From: Candidatus Cloacimonadota bacterium
GTDB taxonomy: Bacteria > Cloacimonadota > Cloacimonadia > G963667145
Assembly: GCA_963667255.1 (NCBI GenBank)
Contig: OY762940.1
Coordinates: 556,510 to 620,509, forward strand
DNA: 64,000 nt
Reading direction: 5' to 3'
In this document: positions 28,382-36,708 of the stretch, piece after piece
How positions within the stretch are numbered: position 1 is the first letter of the stretch
Layout: each line of letters starts with the position of its first letter
Notes under the pieces: generated by a model
The model's database searches: none
What the model was told of the DNA's origin: nothing
What the model saw: the letters and a program-made list of their open reading frames with translations, nothing else
Position numbers and translations under genes: made by a program

Positions 28382-28643
28382 CTCTTTCTCCTTATTTTAG
28401 GTTTTTGGTATTTTTATAAAATATAACGGGGAGAGAGAAGAAAAAAAACCGTCTTTGACCCCCGATTTATTTTATTACCACGCCATTCCTTGCAAAGATA
28501 TTGAGAAGTGTCAACAAATTTTTTGGAAATAGAAAGGAAATGCTTATCAGTGTAAATATCCTTGAAAAAAGCAATTTACGATTGACAGAACATCTGCCCT
28601 GATTTTCTTTGAGGAGAATTTATTTTGGAGGAGGACTGACAAT

Positions 28644-29462
28644 ATGGTTAAAAATGTTTTGAACACAGCTAATGTTCTGCAATCGCGAGGGAAAGAGTTT
28701 GTTCTCGCTACTATTGTTGAGGGAGCCAGTGGTTCTCCCGGTAAAGCCGGCTTTAAGCTTATCTATCTCCCTGATGGTAAAACCAATGGCACTCTTGGAG
28801 GTGGCAAGTTAGAGTTTGATAGCATTGCTATCTGTAAAGAGACTTTGAAAACCAAGGTAAACTCTTTGTCTTCTTTTGAGCTTACCGAAGACAAACTGGG
28901 TATGGCTTGTGGAGGAAAGGTCAAAATTTTCTTTGAATATTTTGCACCTATGAAAATTTTTTACCTTTTCGGTTGCGGGCATTTGTGCCAAGCACTTTCT
29001 CCTATTTTGAGCACCTTGGGGTTCAAATTGGTGGCTATTGACAATCGCAGAGACTATGCTGTAAAAGAGAGATTGCCTTTTGTTGACGAAGTGGTTTGTG
29101 AGGATTATGTGGAGTTTTTGGATAAATTGCAAATCCAAGATAATGATGCGGTGGCTATATTCACTCATGGGCACTCACACGATCATGAGATAGTGGAAAA
29201 AATATACAGTAAAGGTTTTGACGGGAAATACATTGGCTTGATAGGAGCTGCAGGAAAAGTTGCTACTTCTCTGAGGAAACTGAATATAAAAAAAGGTGAT
29301 CCTTTTTTGAAGAAATTTTACAGTCCGATAGGCTTGAACATTGCTGAGACGACTACTGCGGAGATAGCTGTGGCTATTGCTGCGGAGGTGTTGGCTGTGT
29401 ATAATGGAGTTGAGAAGATAACTTCATTTTGTGGTAAATTGGACAAATATTTAGATGATTAA
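28644..29462 (+). CDS. XdhC/CoxI-family accessory protein
   Basis: Has the N-terminal XdhC_CoxI pattern (VLATIVEGASGSPGKAGFKL) and a C-terminal Rossmann-like part (YLFGCGHLCQAL). Confidence 0.75.
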   Translation: MVKNVLNTANVLQSRGKEFVLATIVEGASGSPGKAGFKLIYLPDGKTNGTLGGGKLEFDSIAICKETLKTKVNSLSSFELTEDKLGMACGGKVKIFFEYFAPMKIFYLFGCGHLCQALSPILSTLGFKLVAIDNRRDYAVKERLPFVDEVVCEDYVEFLDKLQIQDNDAVAIFTHGHSHDHEIVEKIYSKGFDGKYIGLIGAAGKVATSLRKLNIKKGDPFLKKFYSPIGLNIAETTTAEIAVAIAAEVLAVYNGVEKITSFCGKLDKYLDD

Positions 29463-29496
29463 TTTAGAATACTGGAAGTATTAAGGAGATAGAAAA

Positions 29497-29694
29497 ATGG
29501 CTGGAAAAAAAGGCGGAAAAGCCAAACTTGCTCACGAAGCAAAAGGATCAGGGAAATCTATTTGTCCTGTTTGCAATAGTGAGATTAAGCAAATTAAATT
29601 TATAAAATCAAAAATTTCTGACAAAGGTGGTTGGTCTCCCAACTATGTGATGGAAAATGTGTGCAAATGCAACGAAAATGAGCTTTTGAAGTAG
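29497..29694 (+). CDS. Small lysine-rich zinc-ribbon-like protein
   Basis: Strong AAGGAG RBS 8 nt upstream of the ATG. 65 aa with CPVC...CKC cysteine pairs. Confidence 0.5.
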   Translation: MAGKKGGKAKLAHEAKGSGKSICPVCNSEIKQIKFIKSKISDKGGWSPNYVMENVCKCNENELLK

Positions 29695-29706
29695 GAATAT
29701 TTTTTT

Positions 29707-30486
29707 ATGATTAATGTTGATTGGAAAGATAGATTTGACAAAGATATAGATTTTTTTGTCGATGAGAGGTTGCCTTCTGCTGATTATGATGTAGGGGTAA
29801 TCTATCGTATTTTCCCAATCAGAGAAGAGGGAATGGTTCCACAGGAAGTTTTGGACTATGTTGGGAAGAAAATCGCTAAATGTGGCAAGGAGTTAAACCA
29901 AGATTTTTTCGCTTATGTCTGGGGGAAATTGGGCAAGGAAGGCAAATATTTGTCTGTTGTTCTTTTTTCCGAATTGGCTAAAAAGGATGAGAAATTTTAT
30001 CAAGAGATTGTTACTCCTTATCTGAAAAAAGCTCATGGCGAGATACTTGATATGATGATTAAGAAAATCGTTGCTCCCGCTTTGCGTAAGGATGTAGGGA
30101 AGGGCTTGGATACTATTTTGATGCTTGTTCAAAAGGAAGAGACATCTATAAATAAGAGTCTTTTGAGTGTGCTGGGGAGTGATTTTAAGAAGAGACCTGA
30201 GTTTATAGAAACTGCATTTTCCAAACTGTCTATGCTGATTAGTGAAGGCGGAGACGAGACTGGCAAGTTTTTCATAGATTTGTTGAAGAAAATAGCCAAA
30301 ATAGACGAAAAGATTTTTAGCGATATTTTTTGTGAATTGAGCAGGACTAAGGACGGACATGTGATTGAGGTGCTTAGTAAAGCTATTTTTGTGAAGACTG
30401 ACGCTGTGGAAGCTGAGGTTGAATCTTGGGGAACTAGTGGAAATGCCAAAATTAAAAAAAGTTTTGTGAGAGCGAAAAAAAAATAG
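29707..30486 (+). CDS. Hypothetical helical-repeat protein
   Basis: 259-aa ORF that looks helical and K/E-rich. I recognise no motif. Confidence 0.45.
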   Translation: MINVDWKDRFDKDIDFFVDERLPSADYDVGVIYRIFPIREEGMVPQEVLDYVGKKIAKCGKELNQDFFAYVWGKLGKEGKYLSVVLFSELAKKDEKFYQEIVTPYLKKAHGEILDMMIKKIVAPALRKDVGKGLDTILMLVQKEETSINKSLLSVLGSDFKKRPEFIETAFSKLSMLISEGGDETGKFFIDLLKKIAKIDEKIFSDIFCELSRTKDGHVIEVLSKAIFVKTDAVEAEVESWGTSGNAKIKKSFVRAKKK

Positions 30487-30565
30487 AAGCGATAATTTTT
30501 ATAAAGCTCTATCTTTGTATTTGTTGATTGCAAATCGGATAGGGCTTATTTTTTTAGGATTTGAT

Positions 30566-31633
30566 GTGAGAAGAAAAACCAGAGAGATAAAGATGGGTAG
30601 CCTCTTGATAGGGGGAGATAACCCTATATATATCCAGTCTATGTGCACTACGGACACGGGGAATGTGGCGGCTACTGTTGGGCAAATCAGAGAGCTGGAG
30701 GATGCGGGATGTGAAGTAGCGAGGTTGGCTGTTCCCGATGAAGAGGCTTGTAACGCTTTGCCAAAAATTTTGGAGCAGGTTAAGATACCGATTGTTGCGG
30801 ACATTCATTTCGATTATCGCTTGGCTTTGGCGTCTCTCAGAGCGGGAGTTCATGGTTTGCGGATTAATCCCGGGAATATCGGTGGAGAGCAAAGGGTGCG
30901 GGAAGTGGTTTCTGTGGCACGAGATTTGCAAGTCCCGATTAGGATTGGTGTGAATGGTGGTTCTCTCGATAAGAAGTGGTCGGATAAATACGGGCTGTCT
31001 GCGGAGGCTCTGGTGGAGAGTGCGTTGGAGCATGTCGCCATTTTGGAGAAATTTGGATTTTATCAGACGAAAATCTCGGTGAAAGCCTCGGATGTTTCGT
31101 TGATGGTGGACAGCTATCGCTTGCTTTCGCAAAAAGTTGATTATCCCTTGCACTTGGGAGTGACGGAAGCCGGAGACGATTTTGCTGGATTGATAAAATC
31201 GGGAATTGGAATTGGCTCGTTGCTTTTGGATGGAATAGGAGACACGATTAGGGTTTCGCTTACGGCTTCTCCCGTAAAAGAGGTTTATGCAGCCAAAGAG
31301 ATATTGAAGAGTCTCGGACTTCGCCAAGGTTTGCAGATAGTTTCTTGTCCTACATGTGGCAGAACGAAAATCAATCTTATAGATTTGGCGGCAAAAGTAA
31401 AAAAAGCTTTGACATCTTTTCAAGAGTTTGATTTAAAAGTGGCGGTAATGGGATGTGTGGTCAATGGACCGCAGGAGGCAAGGGAAGCTGATTATGGAGT
31501 TGCAGGTGGAGTTGGAGAGGGGCTGATATTCGCCAAGGGTAAAATAGTAAAAAAAGTTCATGAAAGCAAACTTTTGGATGAGTTGGTGGAGCTGATAGAA
31601 CGAAAGGAAGGCATAGACAGTGGGAACAAGTAA
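30566..31633 (+). CDS. ispG: 4-hydroxy-3-methylbut-2-enyl diphosphate synthase
   Basis: Has RRKTREIKMGSLLIGGDNPIYIQSM, the C-terminal cluster cysteines (SCPTCGR ... GCVVNGPQE) and the full-length GcpE pattern. I prefer the GTG at 30566, preceded by AGGA, so that the conserved RRKTR lies at the N-terminus; the start remains uncertain (30515/30566/30593). Confidence 0.9.
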   Translation: MRRKTREIKMGSLLIGGDNPIYIQSMCTTDTGNVAATVGQIRELEDAGCEVARLAVPDEEACNALPKILEQVKIPIVADIHFDYRLALASLRAGVHGLRINPGNIGGEQRVREVVSVARDLQVPIRIGVNGGSLDKKWSDKYGLSAEALVESALEHVAILEKFGFYQTKISVKASDVSLMVDSYRLLSQKVDYPLHLGVTEAGDDFAGLIKSGIGIGSLLLDGIGDTIRVSLTASPVKEVYAAKEILKSLGLRQGLQIVSCPTCGRTKINLIDLAAKVKKALTSFQEFDLKVAVMGCVVNGPQEAREADYGVAGGVGEGLIFAKGKIVKKVHESKLLDELVELIERKEGIDSGNK

Positions 31634-33545
31634 ATCGAACAGCAGGGATATTATTCTTTTTGAAGGGAAATCTTACAATCCCGTAGTCGGCTCTTCGGTA
31701 ATTTCGGGGATTTTTGCCAATAAAGGCGGTAATATCAACCGCTACGATGCTGTGATGAGCACCATAAGCACAAAATACAAATCTCATTTTTTCAAGGGTG
31801 TCTATTCTTCGGCTGAATTGGAATTGAGATTGCGAGAGATAGACAATTTTTATCTTTATGTCAAAGCTATGTTGGAGAGGGTCGCAGAGCCGGGGCACGA
31901 ATGTTTTGACCTTTTGACTTCCGGAGACGCCAAGTCGTTTGCTCATTCTGTGGGGAGCATCGGTGGAGACAAGAGAAAACAAGCTTTTTTGAGTTATATT
32001 CAGGGTGTTTACTTTATAGGAAAATATGCTTTTAATTTGGCTATTCCCATGTTCGAAAAAGCTGTTCAGTTAGACCCGAATACTAATAAGTATCGAAGCG
32101 AGTTGGTGGCAACTTATATTAAGTTGGAAGATTTGAGCAAGGCTAAATCTATTGGTGAGAGCAGTCTTAATAATCAGGCTTCGACTTCCGATACATCTGA
32201 ATTAGCTGTAACTTATGCTTATTTGATGATTATCTACGCTAAACTGAAAGACTTTGAAAAAGCGATGATTTGCAAGAAGCGGGCAGAGAGTTTGGGGATT
32301 AATCAGGGAAAATACGAGTGGGACAATTTCCGCTATGCCAAAGTGCTGAAGCTGTTGGGCGACACTTTGTATTGCTGGGGACAATACGATTCGGCGAAGG
32401 CTTATTACAACAAGGCTCTGACTTTTAATTCGCGGATGATGGAGGCAAATCGCAGTGTTTTATTGGATTTGGATTTGATGTGTGCCAATTGTGATGTGTG
32501 GATGAAAACTGGTCGATTTGGCAAAGCTGAAGAGTATGTGAAAAAGGCTGAAAACTCTTTATATTCGCTATCTAATGGGAAATCTCTTCGTAAGGCTTGG
32601 GTTTTCTCTTTGAATGGGAAATTGCAAGAACTTCGTGGAGATTATTCGCAGGCTTGCGGATATTATCGAAGTGCAGTTGTTGAGCTGGAGGGGAGTGTGG
32701 GTCATTCCCATTTGTTGGCTGGAGTGATTTTTGCCGACTATGCCAGATGCAATGCCATAGGCGGTGTGGGTGATAGTGTTGGCGGTTCTCTTGCTAATAT
32801 CGTTTCAGCTTGTAAGGGTGGATTGGTATTTTCCGATGATGAAAAGTATAACAAATATTTTACTTGTGGCAGAGCGAAAAAAAATCTGAGAGATTATAGT
32901 TCTGCTGTCAAATATTATAAAAAAGCTCTGAGTAATTATGCGGATGAGTTTGGGAAATTTAGTTTCAAGGTGTTCACTGCTCAAAAATCGATTGCCAAGT
33001 GCTATTTGAAATTGGGCAAAACGAGCAAGGCGAAGAAATATATTTTGGCGGCTATCCAGACATATCAAGGGCTGTGTTTGCCAGATTATCCCGAATATGC
33101 AACTTTGCTTATGTTGTATGGAGATGTTTTGTTGGCGGACAAAACTCTGACTGAAGCGGTGAATTTTTATGAAAAAGCTCTGAAGATGTCTTCGCAAAAT
33201 TACGGTTCGGTAAATGCAATAACGGCAAAGGTTTATGAGGTTTTGAGCAATATCTATACCAAGCATGAGGTTTACGATAAGGCGATTTCCTATCTGAACG
33301 GAGTGCTTTCTTTCAAGAGTGGGCTGCATGGTGCACGCGAGCTGGATTTTGCTTCCGATTACCGTAGTTTGGCCTCGTTGTGGCACAAAAACGGGAATCT
33401 TACCAAAGCGAAAGAGTATTACTATAAGGTGTATCAAATCTATTTTAGGGATTTGGGCGTTTCTCACAAGGAGACCGAGTCTGCCAAAAGAGATTTTGAG
33501 AACATTTCGCAGGCATTGGAGAATAAGTCGTCTAAAAAGAAGTGA
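31620..33545 (+). CDS. Large TPR-repeat protein
   Basis: 641 aa with many TPR-like units (AKAYYNKAL, AVKYYKKAL, AVNFYEKAL, AKEYYYKVY). The GTG start overlaps the ispG end, and the start is uncertain. Confidence 0.7.
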   Translation: MGTSKSNSRDIILFEGKSYNPVVGSSVISGIFANKGGNINRYDAVMSTISTKYKSHFFKGVYSSAELELRLREIDNFYLYVKAMLERVAEPGHECFDLLTSGDAKSFAHSVGSIGGDKRKQAFLSYIQGVYFIGKYAFNLAIPMFEKAVQLDPNTNKYRSELVATYIKLEDLSKAKSIGESSLNNQASTSDTSELAVTYAYLMIIYAKLKDFEKAMICKKRAESLGINQGKYEWDNFRYAKVLKLLGDTLYCWGQYDSAKAYYNKALTFNSRMMEANRSVLLDLDLMCANCDVWMKTGRFGKAEEYVKKAENSLYSLSNGKSLRKAWVFSLNGKLQELRGDYSQACGYYRSAVVELEGSVGHSHLLAGVIFADYARCNAIGGVGDSVGGSLANIVSACKGGLVFSDDEKYNKYFTCGRAKKNLRDYSSAVKYYKKALSNYADEFGKFSFKVFTAQKSIAKCYLKLGKTSKAKKYILAAIQTYQGLCLPDYPEYATLLMLYGDVLLADKTLTEAVNFYEKALKMSSQNYGSVNAITAKVYEVLSNIYTKHEVYDKAISYLNGVLSFKSGLHGARELDFASDYRSLASLWHKNGNLTKAKEYYYKVYQIYFRDLGVSHKETESAKRDFENISQALENKSSKKK

Positions 33546-34228
33546 TGAAAAAAAAACTTTATTTCACTATTTGGGCGTTGATTTTTTTGACTTCGGGAAT
33601 TCCGTTTGTTCTCTATCCGTTGCTCTCTCCTATGAGAAAACTCAGAAATGCGGTTATCAGAGCGTTCGCTTTTTTTTATGCTCGCTTGAGCATCCTCGCT
33701 ACAGAGAGCAAATTTCAGATTGTGGGGAGAGAGAATCTGCCCGAGACGAATTTTCTGGCTGTTTGCAATCATCAGAACTTACTCGATATTCCCGTGATTA
33801 TTTGTGCTATTCCGCGGACAATTGGGTTTATTGCCAAGAGCGAGTTATACAAAGTGCCTATCTTGGCGATGTGGATGAGGCTGCTGGGATGTATTGGATT
33901 GAAACGGAGTAGTGCCAAGGCTTCCGCCGATGTTTTTCGTAAAGGCGTGAAGAAATTGAAATCCGGTCAAAATCTTATAGTGTTTCCAGAAGGAACTAGG
34001 AGCAGAGATGGCAAAATCAAGAAATTTAAAGCGGGAAGTTTCAAAATGGCTGTGTTAGCGGAAGTTCCGGTAGTGCCGATTACTTGCATAGGGACAAACA
34101 AGCTGTTTTCGCCAAACAATGTGATAAGAGTGATAATCAATCCTCCCGTGAGTTCTGCGGGCAAATCTACCAAAGAGTTGGCGGAAGAGGTGCAAAAGGT
34201 TGTGGAGAAGGGGTTGACGGTTAGTTGA
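33545..34228 (+). CDS. plsC: 1-acyl-sn-glycerol-3-phosphate acyltransferase
   Basis: Has the NHQNLLD (HX4D) and FPEGTRS acyltransferase motifs. The ATG at 33545 overlaps the upstream stop as TGATG. Confidence 0.85.
   Translation: MKKKLYFTIWALIFLTSGIPFVLYPLLSPMRKLRNAVIRAFAFFYARLSILATESKFQIVGRENLPETNFLAVCNHQNLLDIPVIICAIPRTIGFIAKSELYKVPILAMWMRLLGCIGLKRSSAKASADVFRKGVKKLKSGQNLIVFPEGTRSRDGKIKKFKAGSFKMAVLAEVPVVPITCIGTNKLFSPNNVIRVIINPPVSSAGKSTKELAEEVQKVVEKGLTVS
34162..34215 (+). repeat. Direct repeat copy 1 (within the plsC 3' coding end)
   Basis: The 54 nt match 36586-36639 with 2 mismatches. 34173-34215 is identical to 36597-36639 (43 nt). Confidence 0.95.
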
Positions 34229-34333
34229 AACGATTAACCTTCAATTTATTACTAATTTTATTTAGTTCTGTAAACTTCAACATCAGTAGATTACCCAAAT
34301 TACATATAGCCTTTGTTAGCGTTTCGTGCTTTT

Positions 34334-35113
34334 TTATTTCGGAGTTACTTGCCAAGTAATAGCGTCAAAGTTGAAATCTGAAAACAATTCATTTTGACTT
34401 ATTATTTTGACATCTCCACGCCTTGTTTCTCTGTTAAAATTGTAAACTCGGTAAATAAAGGCAGAATCTTCGTATTCCTCAAAAAAGTTTTTTTCATTTT
34501 TACTCATATAAAATGGTTGATTGAAATCACCGCTTGTAGTTTTAACTTCAATATAACGAGGAGAACCGTCATCATTTATCGAGGAAATATCATAACCTAA
34601 GCCATCTCCTTGTAATCGACTCAAATGCTGAACATTTTCCGTTGCTTTCGTTCTGTCTATTGAAAGAGCATCAATTAAGCGGTCAATTTCAAACTCTTTT
34701 ATAAATTCTTCACCTTGGTCGCCTATTTCATTATTTCGGTCTCTCACTTTTTCCCAATCAACTTTACGAGCAATAAAGCGTCTTGTTTTTCCCTTTATTT
34801 TTGTTACTTCCACAGGTTGAATAACCGTTTGTGAAATAGGGTTTAGCAGAGAGAATTTGGCAGGGAGTGAACTTTTGTTAACTACAAAACCTTCATCATA
34901 TGTCTTTATTGTTTCTCTTTGGTGAGCAACAATATTTCCTATCCGTTGAATGATAAGAACTTCGATTCGTGTTGTCGAGGGTATATTGTCCTCTTCACTA
35001 AATTCTAAAACTGTGTGTAAAAGTTGTTTTACTTCTGATGTGTTTAATTCACCATAAACGGTTAATAATGGTTTAATTGCCCGTCTTATTTCTGCTTCTG
35101 TATGTGCTGCCAT
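34334..35113 (-). CDS. DUF3883-domain protein (PD-(D/E)xK-like, candidate restriction endonuclease)
   Basis: The C-terminal region IGDQGEEF...GLGYDISS...YIEVKTTSG...FYMSKNEKNFF...FIYRVYNF matches the DUF3883/NO VEIN C-terminal pattern. It lies 9 nt downstream of the methylase gene. Confidence 0.7.
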   Translation of the reverse strand: MAAHTEAEIRRAIKPLLTVYGELNTSEVKQLLHTVLEFSEEDNIPSTTRIEVLIIQRIGNIVAHQRETIKTYDEGFVVNKSSLPAKFSLLNPISQTVIQPVEVTKIKGKTRRFIARKVDWEKVRDRNNEIGDQGEEFIKEFEIDRLIDALSIDRTKATENVQHLSRLQGDGLGYDISSINDDGSPRYIEVKTTSGDFNQPFYMSKNEKNFFEEYEDSAFIYRVYNFNRETRRGDVKIISQNELFSDFNFDAITWQVTPK

Positions 35114-35122
35114 TACTCTTTC

Positions 35123-36322
35123 TTAATAGTTCGTTATCATTAAATGTTCTGTCTCTCGGTTATTTCTATTCATAAAACTAACCAAATAGGTTTTGTCAAA
35201 CGATTGGATTTTTAATCCTTTGTTATTGTATAATTCAAAAATGAAATCAGTATTTTTAATTATCATCATCCATTTTGCTTTGCATTTATTGATAAGATAT
35301 TTCGCTAATCTTTCTTGGTCTTTTCTTGTAAACTCGTTTTTTGCATAAGTGCTAAACTCACTGTCGTATGGTGGGTCAAGAAAAACAAAGTCATTCTTCG
35401 AAGGATTGTGTTTATAAAAGAAATCTTCAAAATCTATATTCTCAATTATTGTACTGTCAAGTAAAGATTTTAGTTCTTTTGTTTTTAGATAATCAACTTT
35501 TTTGGAAAAGTTTTTTCGATTATAAGCAATTCCTCCATAAGGGACATTAAAATCACCGTTTGAATTATATCGAAACATTCCACTATAGGCGAAATTTCTA
35601 ATAAAAAGAAAGATAGCAGATTTAAAAGCGTTATTAATTCTATATTTTTCTGTGTTATTGTAGATGTGACGAAAATGCATATAGAAAGCACTTTTAAGTG
35701 CTGTTTCTATATTGTCTAAAATATCGTTATTTGGTAAAACTTGTTTGATTTTTTCAAGTTCCTTCATTCGTTTTATTTTACGAATTAGATTTATTTTAAT
35801 TTCTTTAATAAAGTTTTCAATATTGAAGTTGAAGATAGTAGAAAACATTCCATTAAATTCTTCAGCATGAGATAAAATAAATTCAAAAAGGATATCTTTT
35901 AATTTGGTTTCATCAATCAAGTCATCAGAATACTTTTTGTATGTTATTATAAAAAAATCTGAGTTTCTTTCAATTACGGAGGTCAGTAAATTCCAATTAT
36001 GTATAATCTCATCTACGGCTTTGAAAAAAAGTTGTTTATTACCATTTGTAATACTTTGATACAAATCAATTAACTCATCTGATTTGTCATTAATGTAGTA
36101 TTTGTTTGCTTGTAAAGCTGTGTACACAGCTCCACCTCCAACAAATGGCTCAAAATAGTTTTCAAATTTTTCGGGGAGATTAGGAACAATATATTTTAAT
36201 TCTTGTTCTTTTCCTCCAGCCCATTTTATAATTGGGTATAACCGTCTTGCCTTAACATAATTGCCTATACCTAATCCAATTTGGTTATAGGTTGCAACAG
36301 GTTCTTGTACTATATTATTCAT
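35123..36322 (-). CDS. Dam-family (alpha-class, D12) N6-adenine DNA methyltransferase
   Basis: Has KWAGGK, FxGxG (FEPFVGGGAVY), FRYNSNGDFNVPYG and DPPY (FVFLDPPYDSEF) in the alpha-class order. At 399 aa it has a long helical region between motif I and the FNVP motif. Confidence 0.85.
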   Translation of the reverse strand: MNNIVQEPVATYNQIGLGIGNYVKARRLYPIIKWAGGKEQELKYIVPNLPEKFENYFEPFVGGGAVYTALQANKYYINDKSDELIDLYQSITNGNKQLFFKAVDEIIHNWNLLTSVIERNSDFFIITYKKYSDDLIDETKLKDILFEFILSHAEEFNGMFSTIFNFNIENFIKEIKINLIRKIKRMKELEKIKQVLPNNDILDNIETALKSAFYMHFRHIYNNTEKYRINNAFKSAIFLFIRNFAYSGMFRYNSNGDFNVPYGGIAYNRKNFSKKVDYLKTKELKSLLDSTIIENIDFEDFFYKHNPSKNDFVFLDPPYDSEFSTYAKNEFTRKDQERLAKYLINKCKAKWMMIIKNTDFIFELYNNKGLKIQSFDKTYLVSFMNRNNRETEHLMITNY

Positions 36323-36465
36323 ATTACAAAGTTAATTTTTTCAAGTAATTAACAATGCTATTGTTGAAAAGTTGTCGGTTCTAAGCATGAACGCTAACAT
36401 CTGTATAAACTCAATGGTATTTATCCTTTCAAATTGGCATGCTAAGCGCAATTACATTTAGTTTT

Positions 36466-36556
36466 CTTTATATTTATTTCAAAATTTATTTGAGGCTAAA
36501 AATCCAAGAATATATGTCAAGCCAAAAATCTCAAATCCTAGATAAGCTCTCTAAAA
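36466..36556. repeat. 91-nt intergenic repeat, copy A
   Basis: 36466-36522 is identical to 38468-38524 (57 nt), and 36531-36556 is identical to 38534-38559 (26 nt). The two blocks are separated by an 8/9-nt variable patch. Confidence 0.95.
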
Positions 36557-36585
36557 CTTTTCCCGAAGATAGGGATTTCAGTATA

Positions 36586-36682
36586 CAAATCAACCCAAGA
36601 GTTGGCGGAAGAGGTGCAAAAGGTTGTGGAGAAGGGGTTAATTTTAAGTGAAGTTTCCCAATCCCCTATTTCAGTTTTGTAG
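36586..36682 (+). pseudogene. Detached duplicate of the plsC 3' terminus
   Basis: In the plsC-equivalent frame it reads KSTQELAEEVQKVVEKGLILSEVSQSPISVL*. The first 18 codons match the real plsC tail (KSTKELAEEVQKVVEKGL), with one synonymous and one K-to-Q change. No upstream coding continuation exists. Confidence 0.7.
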
Positions 36683-36708
36683 AGTTTGCAAAGAATACTT
36701 TGAAGAAT

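Larger units (their letters stand above)
34216..36585 (-). mobile_element. Putative inserted islet carrying a restriction-modification cassette, bounded by the plsC-tail direct repeats
   Basis: The segment between the two repeat copies is AT-rich and contains only the methylase and the DUF3883 gene. No recombinase gene is present, so mobility is inferred from the repeat footprint alone. Confidence 0.45.

Noticed and set aside
28382-28643. A possible cobalamin or other riboswitch in the leader of the BtuF-type ABC operon, or upstream of the XdhC-like gene.
   Set aside because: I read both strands and found no B12-box (GCCACTG-like) or other conserved riboswitch core. The region is too AT-rich and short, with only a weak CGGGG...CCCCG pairing. 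Infernal would be needed for certainty.
36439-36651. A 70-aa plus-strand ORF, together with the tail of the 38258-38548 ORF.
   Set aside because: Both are read-throughs of the 91-nt repeat and, for the first, of the plsC-tail repeat in the wrong frame. The second is otherwise antisense to the mini-protein gene. The shared peptide (LYIYFKIYLRLKIQEYMSS) only reflects the DNA repeat.
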